Notes: generated by a model from the letters alone, not told the origin. A stretch of 64,000 bases of DNA from Flavobacteriales bacterium (GCA_016787995.1 JAEUTB010000188.1:9920-73919); one strand, 5' to 3'. Positions 48,192-55,769 are shown, counted from the first letter of the stretch. Made by a program: numbers and translations.

Positions 48192-48269
48192 GGGCGCAAA
48201 TATAGTAATACTATAACGTCAAATAGGACTACTAAGTTCGTCGATGGTGTTACTATATTTGCGCCCATG
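48189..48269. promoter_or_regulatory. perfect 20-bp inverted repeat forming a symmetric bidirectional promoter/operator
   Basis: CATGGGCGCAAATATAGTAA (48189-48208) is the exact reverse complement of TTACTATATTTGCGCCCATG (48250-48269). Each arm ends in the ATG of one divergent gene and contains TAtaTTTG (right arm 48254-48261), matching the TAnnTTTG -7 box. Confidence 0.6.
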
Positions 48270-48938
48270 GTCCGTTACCTGATCGAGCCCGACCCCGGAC
48301 TCGCGCTCCGCGATGTGAACAGCCCCACCGGCGGTCGCATCCTGCACGAAGGTATCCACCTGATGGACGAGCTCGGCTTGGAGGCCTTCACCTTCAAGAA
48401 GCTCGCCGATCGCATCGGCTCCACGGAGGTGACGGTGTACAACTACTTCGCCAACAAACAACGGCTGCTGCAGTACTATTACCAGGTGTATTGGCTCTGG
48501 TTGGCCATGCACTGCGAGCAGGAAGGTCGCCTGCTCAAGGACCCGTACGAACGCCTCTGTGGCGACATCCGCGTGCTCTGTGGCCTCTGGGATACCGACC
48601 ACCGGGCGGGCCAGTTCGATCCGCAGCTCCTGCGCAAGCTGGTGGTGAACGAAGGCGCCAAATCCTTCCTCCACAAGAACGTGGATTCGGACAACGAGCT
48701 CATGCTCTTCAAGCCGTACAAGGACCTCTGCGGGCATATCGCCAGTGAGGTGAAAGCGTGCGCGCCGCGTCTGCGCACGGCCCGCTCCTTCGCCACCACC
48801 TTGGTGGAGATGTCGCATTCCCTGGAATTCGCCATGGAGCACTTGCCCGCCCTCACCGAACTCAGCGTGAAGCAGGACCGCAAACAGCTGTCGGCGTACC
48901 TGATCGACCTCGCGGACCGCTACGTGAACGGCCGCTGA
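48267..48938 (+). CDS. TetR/AcrR-family transcriptional regulator
   Basis: HTH ILHEGIHLMDELGLEAFTFKKLADRIGSTEVTVYNYFANKQRLL. Start at ATG 48267. The track's longer ORF (from 47871) is antisense to the ABC gene. Confidence 0.8.
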   Translation: MVRYLIEPDPGLALRDVNSPTGGRILHEGIHLMDELGLEAFTFKKLADRIGSTEVTVYNYFANKQRLLQYYYQVYWLWLAMHCEQEGRLLKDPYERLCGDIRVLCGLWDTDHRAGQFDPQLLRKLVVNEGAKSFLHKNVDSDNELMLFKPYKDLCGHIASEVKACAPRLRTARSFATTLVEMSHSLEFAMEHLPALTELSVKQDRKQLSAYLIDLADRYVNGR

Positions 48939-48948
48939 GCGCCTGGCT

Positions 48949-49797
48949 TCATCCTATGGCGGCCACTGCCAGCACCGGGCATTCCGCCTGGCGCAGTACG
49001 CGTTCGGTGGTGTTGCCACGCATGGCATCCAGGAAACCCTCGTGGCCTTTGGTGGCCATCACGATCAGGTCGGCGTTGGTGTGCGATGCCACCTGCAGGA
49101 TCATGCGTTCCACATCGCCACTCACCACGAGGTGCTCCGTGTGTACGCGCTGGGCAGGTGGCAGTTCGGGTCTCGGTGCGCTGCCCTGATCGCCTACATG
49201 CAGCAGGGTGATGTGTACGCCTGCAAGGCCCAGCTGCTGCGCCAGGCGCACGACGAGCTCCACAGCGTGTTGCGGATCGGGATCATTGGCCACGGGTATC
49301 AGGATCCGCCGCAGGCGCACAGCACCGGTCGCAGGGTCCACGAAACCGGGCCTGTCGTGTGGCACGAAGAGGGTGGGCGTGGCGCTGCCCCGCGCCAGCG
49401 GCTCGGCCACGCGTTTGTGCAACCACGCGGTGCGACCGTTGTGCTGGTGTGTGGCCAGCACGATCAGGTCGGCCGGGTGGCGGTCGAGGTAGTCCAAGCA
49501 GGCCACCACGGGGTCTTCGCCTTCGGCCAACACCTTCTTCACACCCAGACCCAGGGCCATCAGTCCATCCATATCGTGCGCACCGCGGATCAGGCCCCAT
49601 TCCGCCAACTTGGTGCGCACCTGCGGCAGGGTGGCTGCGCTCAGGTCATCCGCGTCATTCACATGCATCAAGGTGAGCCGCGTGTGTGCGGCAGTGGCCA
49701 GGCGCAAGGCGTGCAAGAAGGCGGTGGCACTGCCCGCGCTAAGGTCGGTGGGGTGGAAGATGTGCTGCATCACCGAAAGGTGCGCGGCGCACACCAT
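48949..49797 (-). CDS. tandem universal stress protein (UspA family)
   Basis: Two Usp domains (ILIPVANDPDPQHAVE...; C-terminal ATP motif MATKGHEGFLDAMRGNTTERVLRQAECPVLAV). Alternative start at 49770 (MQHIFHPTD). Confidence 0.85.
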   Translation of the reverse strand: MVCAAHLSVMQHIFHPTDLSAGSATAFLHALRLATAAHTRLTLMHVNDADDLSAATLPQVRTKLAEWGLIRGAHDMDGLMALGLGVKKVLAEGEDPVVACLDYLDRHPADLIVLATHQHNGRTAWLHKRVAEPLARGSATPTLFVPHDRPGFVDPATGAVRLRRILIPVANDPDPQHAVELVVRLAQQLGLAGVHITLLHVGDQGSAPRPELPPAQRVHTEHLVVSGDVERMILQVASHTNADLIVMATKGHEGFLDAMRGNTTERVLRQAECPVLAVAAIG

Positions 49798-49848
49798 TGG
49801 CCGGCTGACGAACGACAGTCGGCCGGTGGTGTGCGCCGTGTCGCTGCT

Positions 49849-50733
49849 TCACTCCTTGATGAAGCGCGTCACCTGCGCCGCACCTTCCCCTTCCTGCACC
49901 AGCAGGTAGGCGCCCGGCAGCAACGCTTCGGTATCCACCACCGTGCTGGTGGGGCTGGTGAAGCGGCCTTCGGCCACGGTGCGGCCTTGCAGGTCCACGA
50001 TGCGCCAGGGTCCACTGGCGGTGGGCTGCACCACCAACCGATCGTGGCAGGGTACGGGGTGTACCACCAGGCGCGCATCGTTGCGCTCGTCCACCCCCAC
50101 GTTGGCCGGTGGGCCCACGGCCAGGATCACGCCATTGCGCACCAGGAGCAGGGGCACAAGAGGGTCGGTGCGCCACATGGCCACTTCGCCACTGGCGCTC
50201 AGCATCAGCGCCACCTCGTTGAAGGTGCCCACCGGGGTGATGGCCGTGCCGGAACCTGCATACGTCCAGGTGACGGAACCGCTGCCCGCCGTACCGGCCC
50301 AGCTATCCGAGAACCAGTTGCCGAAGTTCAAGGGCAAGCCCATCACCATCAGGGGGTCGGTGTACACGTTCGGTTCCTGGGGAACATCGGTGGCCAACAT
50401 CTCCAGGTACGGGGTCAGTTGCAGGTAGGTATAGTTATCACCCAGTGCACCCATGGCCATGTGCCAGACGAGGTCGGCCTCCGGATAGGTGCTGGCATAG
50501 GGCGTGCCGGCGGCGGGCCGGTGGGTGAAGGTGCCGATGTCCAGCAGGGTGGCCGTGGAAAGGTCCCACACCTGGTTCGCGCCCGGCGTGGGGTCCTCGG
50601 ACTGGCCTTGGGAGGTGACCACGTAAAGGCGATCGGTGAAGGTGCCCGTGGGCAGCATGCTCGCGGTGATGGTGGGCTGGGCCTGTGCCAAGGAGGCCAC
50701 CAGCAGGGCGGGAAGGGTAAGGGTCCGGGTCAT
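49849..50733 (-). CDS. secreted protein with T9SS C-terminal sorting domain
   Basis: Signal peptide from ATG 50733 (MTRTLTLPALLVASLAQAQ). C-terminus VHPVPCHDRLVVQ...GAYLLVQEGEGAAQVTRFIKE. Confidence 0.75.
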   Translation of the reverse strand: MTRTLTLPALLVASLAQAQPTITASMLPTGTFTDRLYVVTSQGQSEDPTPGANQVWDLSTATLLDIGTFTHRPAAGTPYASTYPEADLVWHMAMGALGDNYTYLQLTPYLEMLATDVPQEPNVYTDPLMVMGLPLNFGNWFSDSWAGTAGSGSVTWTYAGSGTAITPVGTFNEVALMLSASGEVAMWRTDPLVPLLLVRNGVILAVGPPANVGVDERNDARLVVHPVPCHDRLVVQPTASGPWRIVDLQGRTVAEGRFTSPTSTVVDTEALLPGAYLLVQEGEGAAQVTRFIKE

Positions 50734-51000
50734 GCGGTAGGGTGAAGGCACCCCGCTGGGCCATGCAACGGCGCATGGTACCCCGGAGCACCGTGGGTAC
50801 ATCGGGAAGGGGGTGGGGATGTGAACAGGGCCCTCAACTTTCAACCCACACACCGCGCACCACCTTGGCCAGGCCGTGACGCGTCGTTGTCCGGTGAATT
50901 CGTGACCCGGAGGTATGCAGAGAAGCATCCGCGCAAAACGGAGAAGGAAAGCCGCAGGTAGTATGGTGAGACTTCTACACGGAAGGCCGTAAGGCACAAA

Positions 51001-51032
51001 GCAAAGGACCCCGGCTTCCCGGGGTCCTTTGC
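51001..51032. other. perfect 14-bp stem-loop in a 348-bp non-coding gap
   Basis: gcaaaggaccccgg cttc ccggggtcctttgc. It lies between two divergent gene starts, so its function as a terminator is unclear. Confidence 0.3.
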
Positions 51033-51081
51033 TTGGGTCACGGTTGGGCGCATCACTAAATCCAACATCTTCGCATGAGCC

Positions 51082-51813
51082 ATGGCCGCCACACACTACA
51101 AGATCGCCAATTGGGGTGACCCTGTCGGAGAGGGCGTTTCGGATTCACAGTACATCAATGTGACCGGTATCGCCAAGACCAATTCGCCAGCCGAACCAAA
51201 CATCGTGGCGAACGAGTACATCTGTGCGCGCCTTGCAGCAGCGGTTGGGCTACCAGTGCCACCTGGGTTCCTGGTCAAGAAGGACGATGAGCCATGGTTC
51301 GTGTCGATGGATTTCAACCTGGCCGGGGACGTGCTGCCGCCGATCATTCCCCAAATCCTGCTGGCACGCAAGCCTGAGCTGTGCGCTGGGATCGTTCTCT
51401 TCGACGCTTGGATCCTGAACCCGGACCGCCATGCCCGGAACCTGGCGCACGATACCACCACGGACGCCGTTATCATCTTCGACCATTCCCGAGCCCTCAT
51501 GCCCACCGATCTTCCGCAGCGGCAGTACGCCGAGGCCATGGTGGACAAGCCAGCCATTGGCGCTCACTGCTTGGGTACCATACTAAAGGACGCCAGCACC
51601 TTCAAATACTGGCATCAGCGCATCCTGGCCGTGGCCGAGCACCAGATCACGGATGCCCTGAACGATGCGGCTGAAGTTGGCCTTGAACCCGGCAACGTGC
51701 ATTTCTTCCGCCAATACCTCTTGGATCGGCGCCAGCGTTTGCCAAAGATTGTTGCCAATAACCCTGGGGCCTTCCCCAGTCTTACCTTAGGGACCCTCCC
51801 TTGGACACCATGA
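51082..51813 (+). CDS. HipA-like / PI3-4-kinase-fold protein kinase (uncharacterised subfamily)
   Basis: Catalytic-loop-like FDAWILNPDRHARNLAHD (DRHxxN, as in the HipA C-terminal domain and lipid-kinase fold). About 240 aa, no HTH partner upstream. Confidence 0.6.
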   Translation: MAATHYKIANWGDPVGEGVSDSQYINVTGIAKTNSPAEPNIVANEYICARLAAAVGLPVPPGFLVKKDDEPWFVSMDFNLAGDVLPPIIPQILLARKPELCAGIVLFDAWILNPDRHARNLAHDTTTDAVIIFDHSRALMPTDLPQRQYAEAMVDKPAIGAHCLGTILKDASTFKYWHQRILAVAEHQITDALNDAAEVGLEPGNVHFFRQYLLDRRQRLPKIVANNPGAFPSLTLGTLPWTP

Positions 51814-52661
51814 CCGAGCGCGTCCAATACCTCATCGCCCAGTACCAGGCCGACCCCTTGCGCAAGGAGCCCCGCAATGTGGGGGTGATCGCACGCATGG
51901 ACGGACGGACCCTTGCCCGCTTCATGGGCGAAAAGGAAGACGGCCGAATCGACGGACGGGAATTGCGATGGATGAGCTTCCCTGATGTTTATCGCCAGTG
52001 GGTATTCTTCTGGCGCGAGTCGGGGAATTCTGTTGCCCACTTGGAGCAGCTCCTCGCTTCCAATAAGGGCAACTACGGGCTGGTGCGCGGGGGTAAGGTG
52101 TCCGATATAGGCAGCGACAGCCTAGAGCAAGTGGTGGACCACCTCTTCACCCGCTTCGTGAGCGGTGGATTCGCTGAAGCCATGCGCACAGTGGACCAGA
52201 TCACGGTACCGAGCAGGAAGTTGGAGAACGCGATCGAGATCGAGCTACTTGGCATGGACATCCTCGTGGAGGATGATATGCCCAAAGAAGGCGTGAAGCA
52301 TCCGGTACGCCGCAAACATGTCGTGCAAGGCCGCAGAGAGGTTCCTTTCACTCCAGCCTTCTCCCAGGAGAATGGGGCGCTGTGGCTGATCGAGACCTTT
52401 GACTTTACAGGGCCGAAACAACGCCCACTCTTTGAGCATGCCGGCTTTACGGCATACATGTTCAGCGATATCCGCAAAGCACGAGGCACATCCAAGGTTC
52501 AAGCCATCTCCGTGCTGAAGACGGACCCCGAGGCCGAAGAGAGCAAGCATATTGCCAATAGCAGGAAGGTACTCCTGAACGAGGGCGAAGTGGTCGATTG
52601 GAACGACGAGGTCCAACGCAAGGCCTTCCTCGAAGAGCGCCGCCATGTGGCGGTTGGCTGA
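51810..52661 (+). CDS. DUF3037-like protein (uncharacterised), translationally coupled to the kinase
   Basis: ATG 51810 overlaps the kinase stop (ATGA). The N-terminus VQYLIAQYQADPLRKEPRNVGVIARM resembles the DUF3037 signature as I remember it. The rest is unassigned. Confidence 0.55.
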   Translation: MTERVQYLIAQYQADPLRKEPRNVGVIARMDGRTLARFMGEKEDGRIDGRELRWMSFPDVYRQWVFFWRESGNSVAHLEQLLASNKGNYGLVRGGKVSDIGSDSLEQVVDHLFTRFVSGGFAEAMRTVDQITVPSRKLENAIEIELLGMDILVEDDMPKEGVKHPVRRKHVVQGRREVPFTPAFSQENGALWLIETFDFTGPKQRPLFEHAGFTAYMFSDIRKARGTSKVQAISVLKTDPEAEESKHIANSRKVLLNEGEVVDWNDEVQRKAFLEERRHVAVG

Positions 52662-52729
52662 CGTTTTGCATCCGCTAGTCCTCAGGTATCTGAGCACCGT
52701 GGATTGAAGTCTCACCTCCGTCAGCCCGG

Positions 52730-53578
52730 TCACCCCAGCGACTTCATTCCCTTGAGCAGCGCTACGATTTGATCATGGTGTCGCGCGAATGCTGGATCAA
52801 TGACTGTGCTGGGAATTGGACTAGGATCCATTTTCTCAAAGACTATGATGCCATATGGCTTGCCGGCATCAGTGTTGTTGAACCGGTACACATAGAACGA
52901 AGTACTGTGCATGTTCATCTTGGTCAATACATCATCTGTAATTGAGCAAGCCTTCTTCATGTATGCCCTGTAGCTCGATCCGTTACCCTTCCATACCGGG
53001 ATGCCGCTATCAATGAACGGCGAGCTTGACCACCCCTTCGCTATGAATCCCTCATTGACGGGATATTTAGGTCGACCTCGCTTGCCGTGCAGCGGATTCT
53101 GGGCTTCTCGGCCAACGAGTACGAAGTGATCATCGATATAGCGATATAGGCTTACGCGACCTTGGCCACCGGCTGAATCGAAGAACTCCTTGAAGCAGTA
53201 CTTAATCGTTGTGCTGCAAAGTTCGAAGTAATCACGGCGCGTTGCCTCCACCTTCTTTCTTGACTGTTCCAATTCAGCTTCGAGTACCAAAAATGATGTC
53301 ACTTTCGACTTCTCAATACCGGAAATAACAATTCCAATAGCACCCAGTATGACACCTGATGCTGTTAGGACAGGGTTCATCTGCTTCCAACTATATCCGA
53401 ACATCACGATTGTATCGAGATCCGACTTAGTGTCTGCAAGCAGCCATACGTAGCCACCAGAAATGGTGAACAACTCTGCTCTGAGGCGCTTCAGAAAGTC
53501 GCGAACAGGGGCAATCATCCATGCGATGAAAATTGCTAGAGCATAGAGAAGTATGTATAAAATCTGTTCCGTCATCAT
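52730..53578 (-). CDS. membrane protein with cytoplasmic GAF-like domain (uncharacterised), distal gene of the R-M operon
   Basis: At least two TM helices (ILYILLYALAIFIAWMIAPV, VLTASGVILGAIGIVISGI), a coiled segment, and a C-terminal alpha/beta domain with a weak GAF-like pattern (GRVSLYRYIDDHFVLVGRE...GKPYGIIVFEK). Visibly more AT-rich than its surroundings. Confidence 0.6.
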   Translation of the reverse strand: MMTEQILYILLYALAIFIAWMIAPVRDFLKRLRAELFTISGGYVWLLADTKSDLDTIVMFGYSWKQMNPVLTASGVILGAIGIVISGIEKSKVTSFLVLEAELEQSRKKVEATRRDYFELCSTTIKYCFKEFFDSAGGQGRVSLYRYIDDHFVLVGREAQNPLHGKRGRPKYPVNEGFIAKGWSSSPFIDSGIPVWKGNGSSYRAYMKKACSITDDVLTKMNMHSTSFYVYRFNNTDAGKPYGIIVFEKMDPSPIPSTVIDPAFARHHDQIVALLKGMKSLG

Positions 53579-53763
53579 TCTCTGCTATTTGACCCATACT
53601 TAATAGGCACCTCCGCCGCCATCCCCAACCCCACCTTCTCCTCCGCAGGTGTCACGTCGAGCGGAGCCGAGACGCGCACCTGCCCGTTCATCAGCAGCGG
53701 CAGCAACCAGTCCCGCAGCGGCGGGAGCTCCTGATCACCACAATATGACCCTGATGTTGTCAC
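53575..53763 (-). pseudogene. orphan HsdS C-terminal tail (relic of the original hsdS 3-prime end)
   Basis: Encodes ELPPLRDWLLPLLMNGQVRVSAPLDVTPAEEKVGLGMAAEVPIKYG. Compare the HsdS internal segment ELASLRDWLLPLLMNGQVRVAEAEEKVG...GLAMAAEPQTPYG. Confidence 0.6.
53609..53730. repeat. direct repeat copy 1 (hsdS CR2/tail coding sequence)
   Basis: The 57-nt block 53674-53730 differs at 3 positions from 54478-54534. Additional shared blocks: ctccgccgccatc.ccaaccc and caccttctcctccgc. Confidence 0.8.
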
Positions 53764-55769
53764 TTCCCTATTTTGGACTTAACCGGCTTAGCTCCGCCCG
53801 TAGGCACCAGACAATTTTCCCGCAACCACTTCAGCCCCCATTCCCACTCACTGAACTCAATGTCCATCTTATGCTCATGCCACTCGGCTGATGCAGCGAT
53901 GAAGATATTCTTTTCCGAAGTCGGTTTGCCGTCCTTCAGCAAGTCGTTCCAAGCCGAATAGAGCGTGGCGACCACCTCGCAACGTTCCGTCCTCAGGGGC
54001 TTCATGAGGCGCACAATGCGCTCTGCTTCTGCGAGGTGACTTCCAAGCAAGGTCTCTGCTCGTTTCACTGCAACGCCCACATTCGGGCCGCTGTGATATT
54101 GATACATGATACCACCCGAACGCAGATCCTTTTCCTCGACAATCCCCCAACGGTGACGCTGCATCAGCGACTCAACCGCTCTTCGGCTCTTGATATCAAC
54201 GGGGCCCGCCGCATCGCGGATCGCATCCCTCCGATGGTCGTTTCCAAGATGGCCTTCAAGGATGTGCTCGATCTTCTCAGCCTTGGTGCGACCTAGCCGG
54301 TGATCTTTGTTGGATACATGTACCACCCATGCGTTAATGGCAGCACGGTCTTCCAGTGCGAATGTGAGCGGCGCTGGCTTGCCGTACGGTGTTTGTGGCT
54401 CCGCCGCCATCGCCAACCCTTCGGTCGCCGAAGCCCTGGGCGAAGGCGTACCCACCTTCTCCTCCGCCTCCGCCACCCGCACCTGCCCGTTCATCAGCAG
54501 CGGCAGCAGCCAGTCCCGCAGCGACGCGAGCTCCCGGTTCTGAGCCTCGAGTTTCCGCTGCTCATCGAACATGGGTCGCGCGATCTTCTCGAATGCGCTG
54601 ATCACTTCCTTATCGGCCAGGACGACCTTCAAGCCGAACAGATCATCCTTGCCAATGGCGCCGAAGGTGGTGCCTGCCGTATCGCGGCGTTGGAAGATCT
54701 GCTCGAAGTACTTCATCACCTCGTAGAGGTAGGCAATGGCTCCATGCTTGCTGTTGAGGGCAGCCAGACCACGACCAATGGCACAATCTTCAAAGGCCAC
54801 GTTCATGGTGCCAACAGGGGCTCGTACACTGAGCAGAATGTCCTCAGACTTGGCGCGGCGAGTAGGCTGGGTCGTGAACATGCGGGTAAGTGGGAAGCGT
54901 GTTCCAAAGTCCGTTGACCCTTGAAAGAAAATGCTACCCTCACCGGAATCGTTGTAGGATGAACCGGGCGGTGATTGCCCCATCGTAATCGTGGCAATAT
55001 CACTGAGTACTCCGGCTCCCCACCCCTCCGGCACCTCCCGCTTCAGCTCCGCGTTGTACACCATGGGCCCGCCGCTGCTCTTGTAGGGCTTGCCTTCCAG
55101 CTTTGGCTTGCCCAGGCGCTTGGCCTGCACGGTGCTCATCGGGAAATCGAACTGCACGAACCAGTAGTCGTACAGCAACTTGGCCATGGCCACCAGCTCC
55201 GCGTTGATCCGCTGGTTCAGCGTGATCTTGGCGTCTAAGGCGGAGAGGACGGAGGCGATGCGCTTCTGTTCGTCAAGCTCAGGGAGCCGTACCGGGAAGT
55301 CGGGAAAATCCGCGATGGGTAATCGATCAACCGTTGCGCCAACGATCGTGTTCCGCTTGACAACGCCGCGCCATTCGTCGCTGAAGAAGTAGTAGTACAA
55401 GAACTCGGGATCGGCCTTCTTGCGATCAACCCTGATCAAAGCCATCCTACGACCCAGACAACAGCGCAGGTCCTCGGGTATTAGGGCGTATCGATTCAGG
55501 GTCGCCTCATAAGAGAACACAATGTCGTCCTTTCTAGGCAGCACGCGTTTGGTCCATCGAGGGAACTCTCCTTCAGCAATGTGCCTAACCGATGAAAGGT
55601 CAAGACGACCATCCTCAGTGATGTTCTTGATGCCCAGGAATACAGGCCCTTCGACCGATGGTGTCGGTGTGGCATGTGGTCCATCATAGACCCCTTCCGC
55701 GAGCCAGCTGATCGTACGATGTTGCCAGTTCTGCCGCATAGGAACTACCTCGTCAACAACTGCCTTCAT
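53760..55769 (-). CDS. hsdS: type I R-M specificity subunit with about 235-aa non-canonical C-terminal extension
   Basis: Two TRD/conserved-region halves (...VPEGWGAGVLSDIATITMGQSPPGSSYN..., ...LRDWLLPLLMNGQVRV). The ORF then continues in frame for about 235 aa unrelated to HsdS. TGATG overlap with hsdM. Confidence 0.85.
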   Translation of the reverse strand: MKAVVDEVVPMRQNWQHRTISWLAEGVYDGPHATPTPSVEGPVFLGIKNITEDGRLDLSSVRHIAEGEFPRWTKRVLPRKDDIVFSYEATLNRYALIPEDLRCCLGRRMALIRVDRKKADPEFLYYYFFSDEWRGVVKRNTIVGATVDRLPIADFPDFPVRLPELDEQKRIASVLSALDAKITLNQRINAELVAMAKLLYDYWFVQFDFPMSTVQAKRLGKPKLEGKPYKSSGGPMVYNAELKREVPEGWGAGVLSDIATITMGQSPPGSSYNDSGEGSIFFQGSTDFGTRFPLTRMFTTQPTRRAKSEDILLSVRAPVGTMNVAFEDCAIGRGLAALNSKHGAIAYLYEVMKYFEQIFQRRDTAGTTFGAIGKDDLFGLKVVLADKEVISAFEKIARPMFDEQRKLEAQNRELASLRDWLLPLLMNGQVRVAEAEEKVGTPSPRASATEGLAMAAEPQTPYGKPAPLTFALEDRAAINAWVVHVSNKDHRLGRTKAEKIEHILEGHLGNDHRRDAIRDAAGPVDIKSRRAVESLMQRHRWGIVEEKDLRSGGIMYQYHSGPNVGVAVKRAETLLGSHLAEAERIVRLMKPLRTERCEVVATLYSAWNDLLKDGKPTSEKNIFIAASAEWHEHKMDIEFSEWEWGLKWLRENCLVPTGGAKPVKSKIGK
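54409..54534. repeat. direct repeat copy 2 (inside hsdS)
   Basis: Partner of 53609-53730, offset 804 nt. Together they bracket the C-terminal extension module of HsdS. Confidence 0.8.

Noticed and set aside
47871-48266. An N-terminal extension making the TetR ORF 355 aa.
   Set aside because: The extension is antisense to the ABC transporter gene and crosses the palindromic promoter. The TetR HTH begins shortly after the ATG at 48267.
49042-50745. A 567-aa plus-strand ORF spanning the Usp gene and the T9SS-cargo gene.
   Set aside because: It is antisense to two different genes with clear family features. Its composition is Gly/His/Arg/Val-rich with no motifs, and it crosses an intergenic gap without regard to gene boundaries.
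50880-51000. The segment aaaacggagaaggaaagccgcagg vaguely recalls the SRP (4.5S) RNA GGAA tetraloop/symmetric-loop region. A riboswitch upstream of the kinase cassette was also considered.
   Set aside because: I could not build the conserved SRP helix 8 pairing or any known riboswitch core by eye. The resemblance rests on a few nucleotides. An Infernal scan is needed before making any claim.
50734-51096. An N-terminal extension of the T9SS-cargo ORF to 415 aa.
   Set aside because: The extension has a non-protein-like composition (Cys/Pro/Arg-rich). A canonical signal peptide follows the internal ATG at 50733.
53760-54470. The HsdS C-terminal extension as a DUF4065/Panacea (SocA-like antitoxin) domain, based on the pattern KAEKIEHILE...RDAAGPVD.
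   Set aside because: Only a loose K-x-x-K...GPV spacing resemblance, which is not enough for a call without a profile search.
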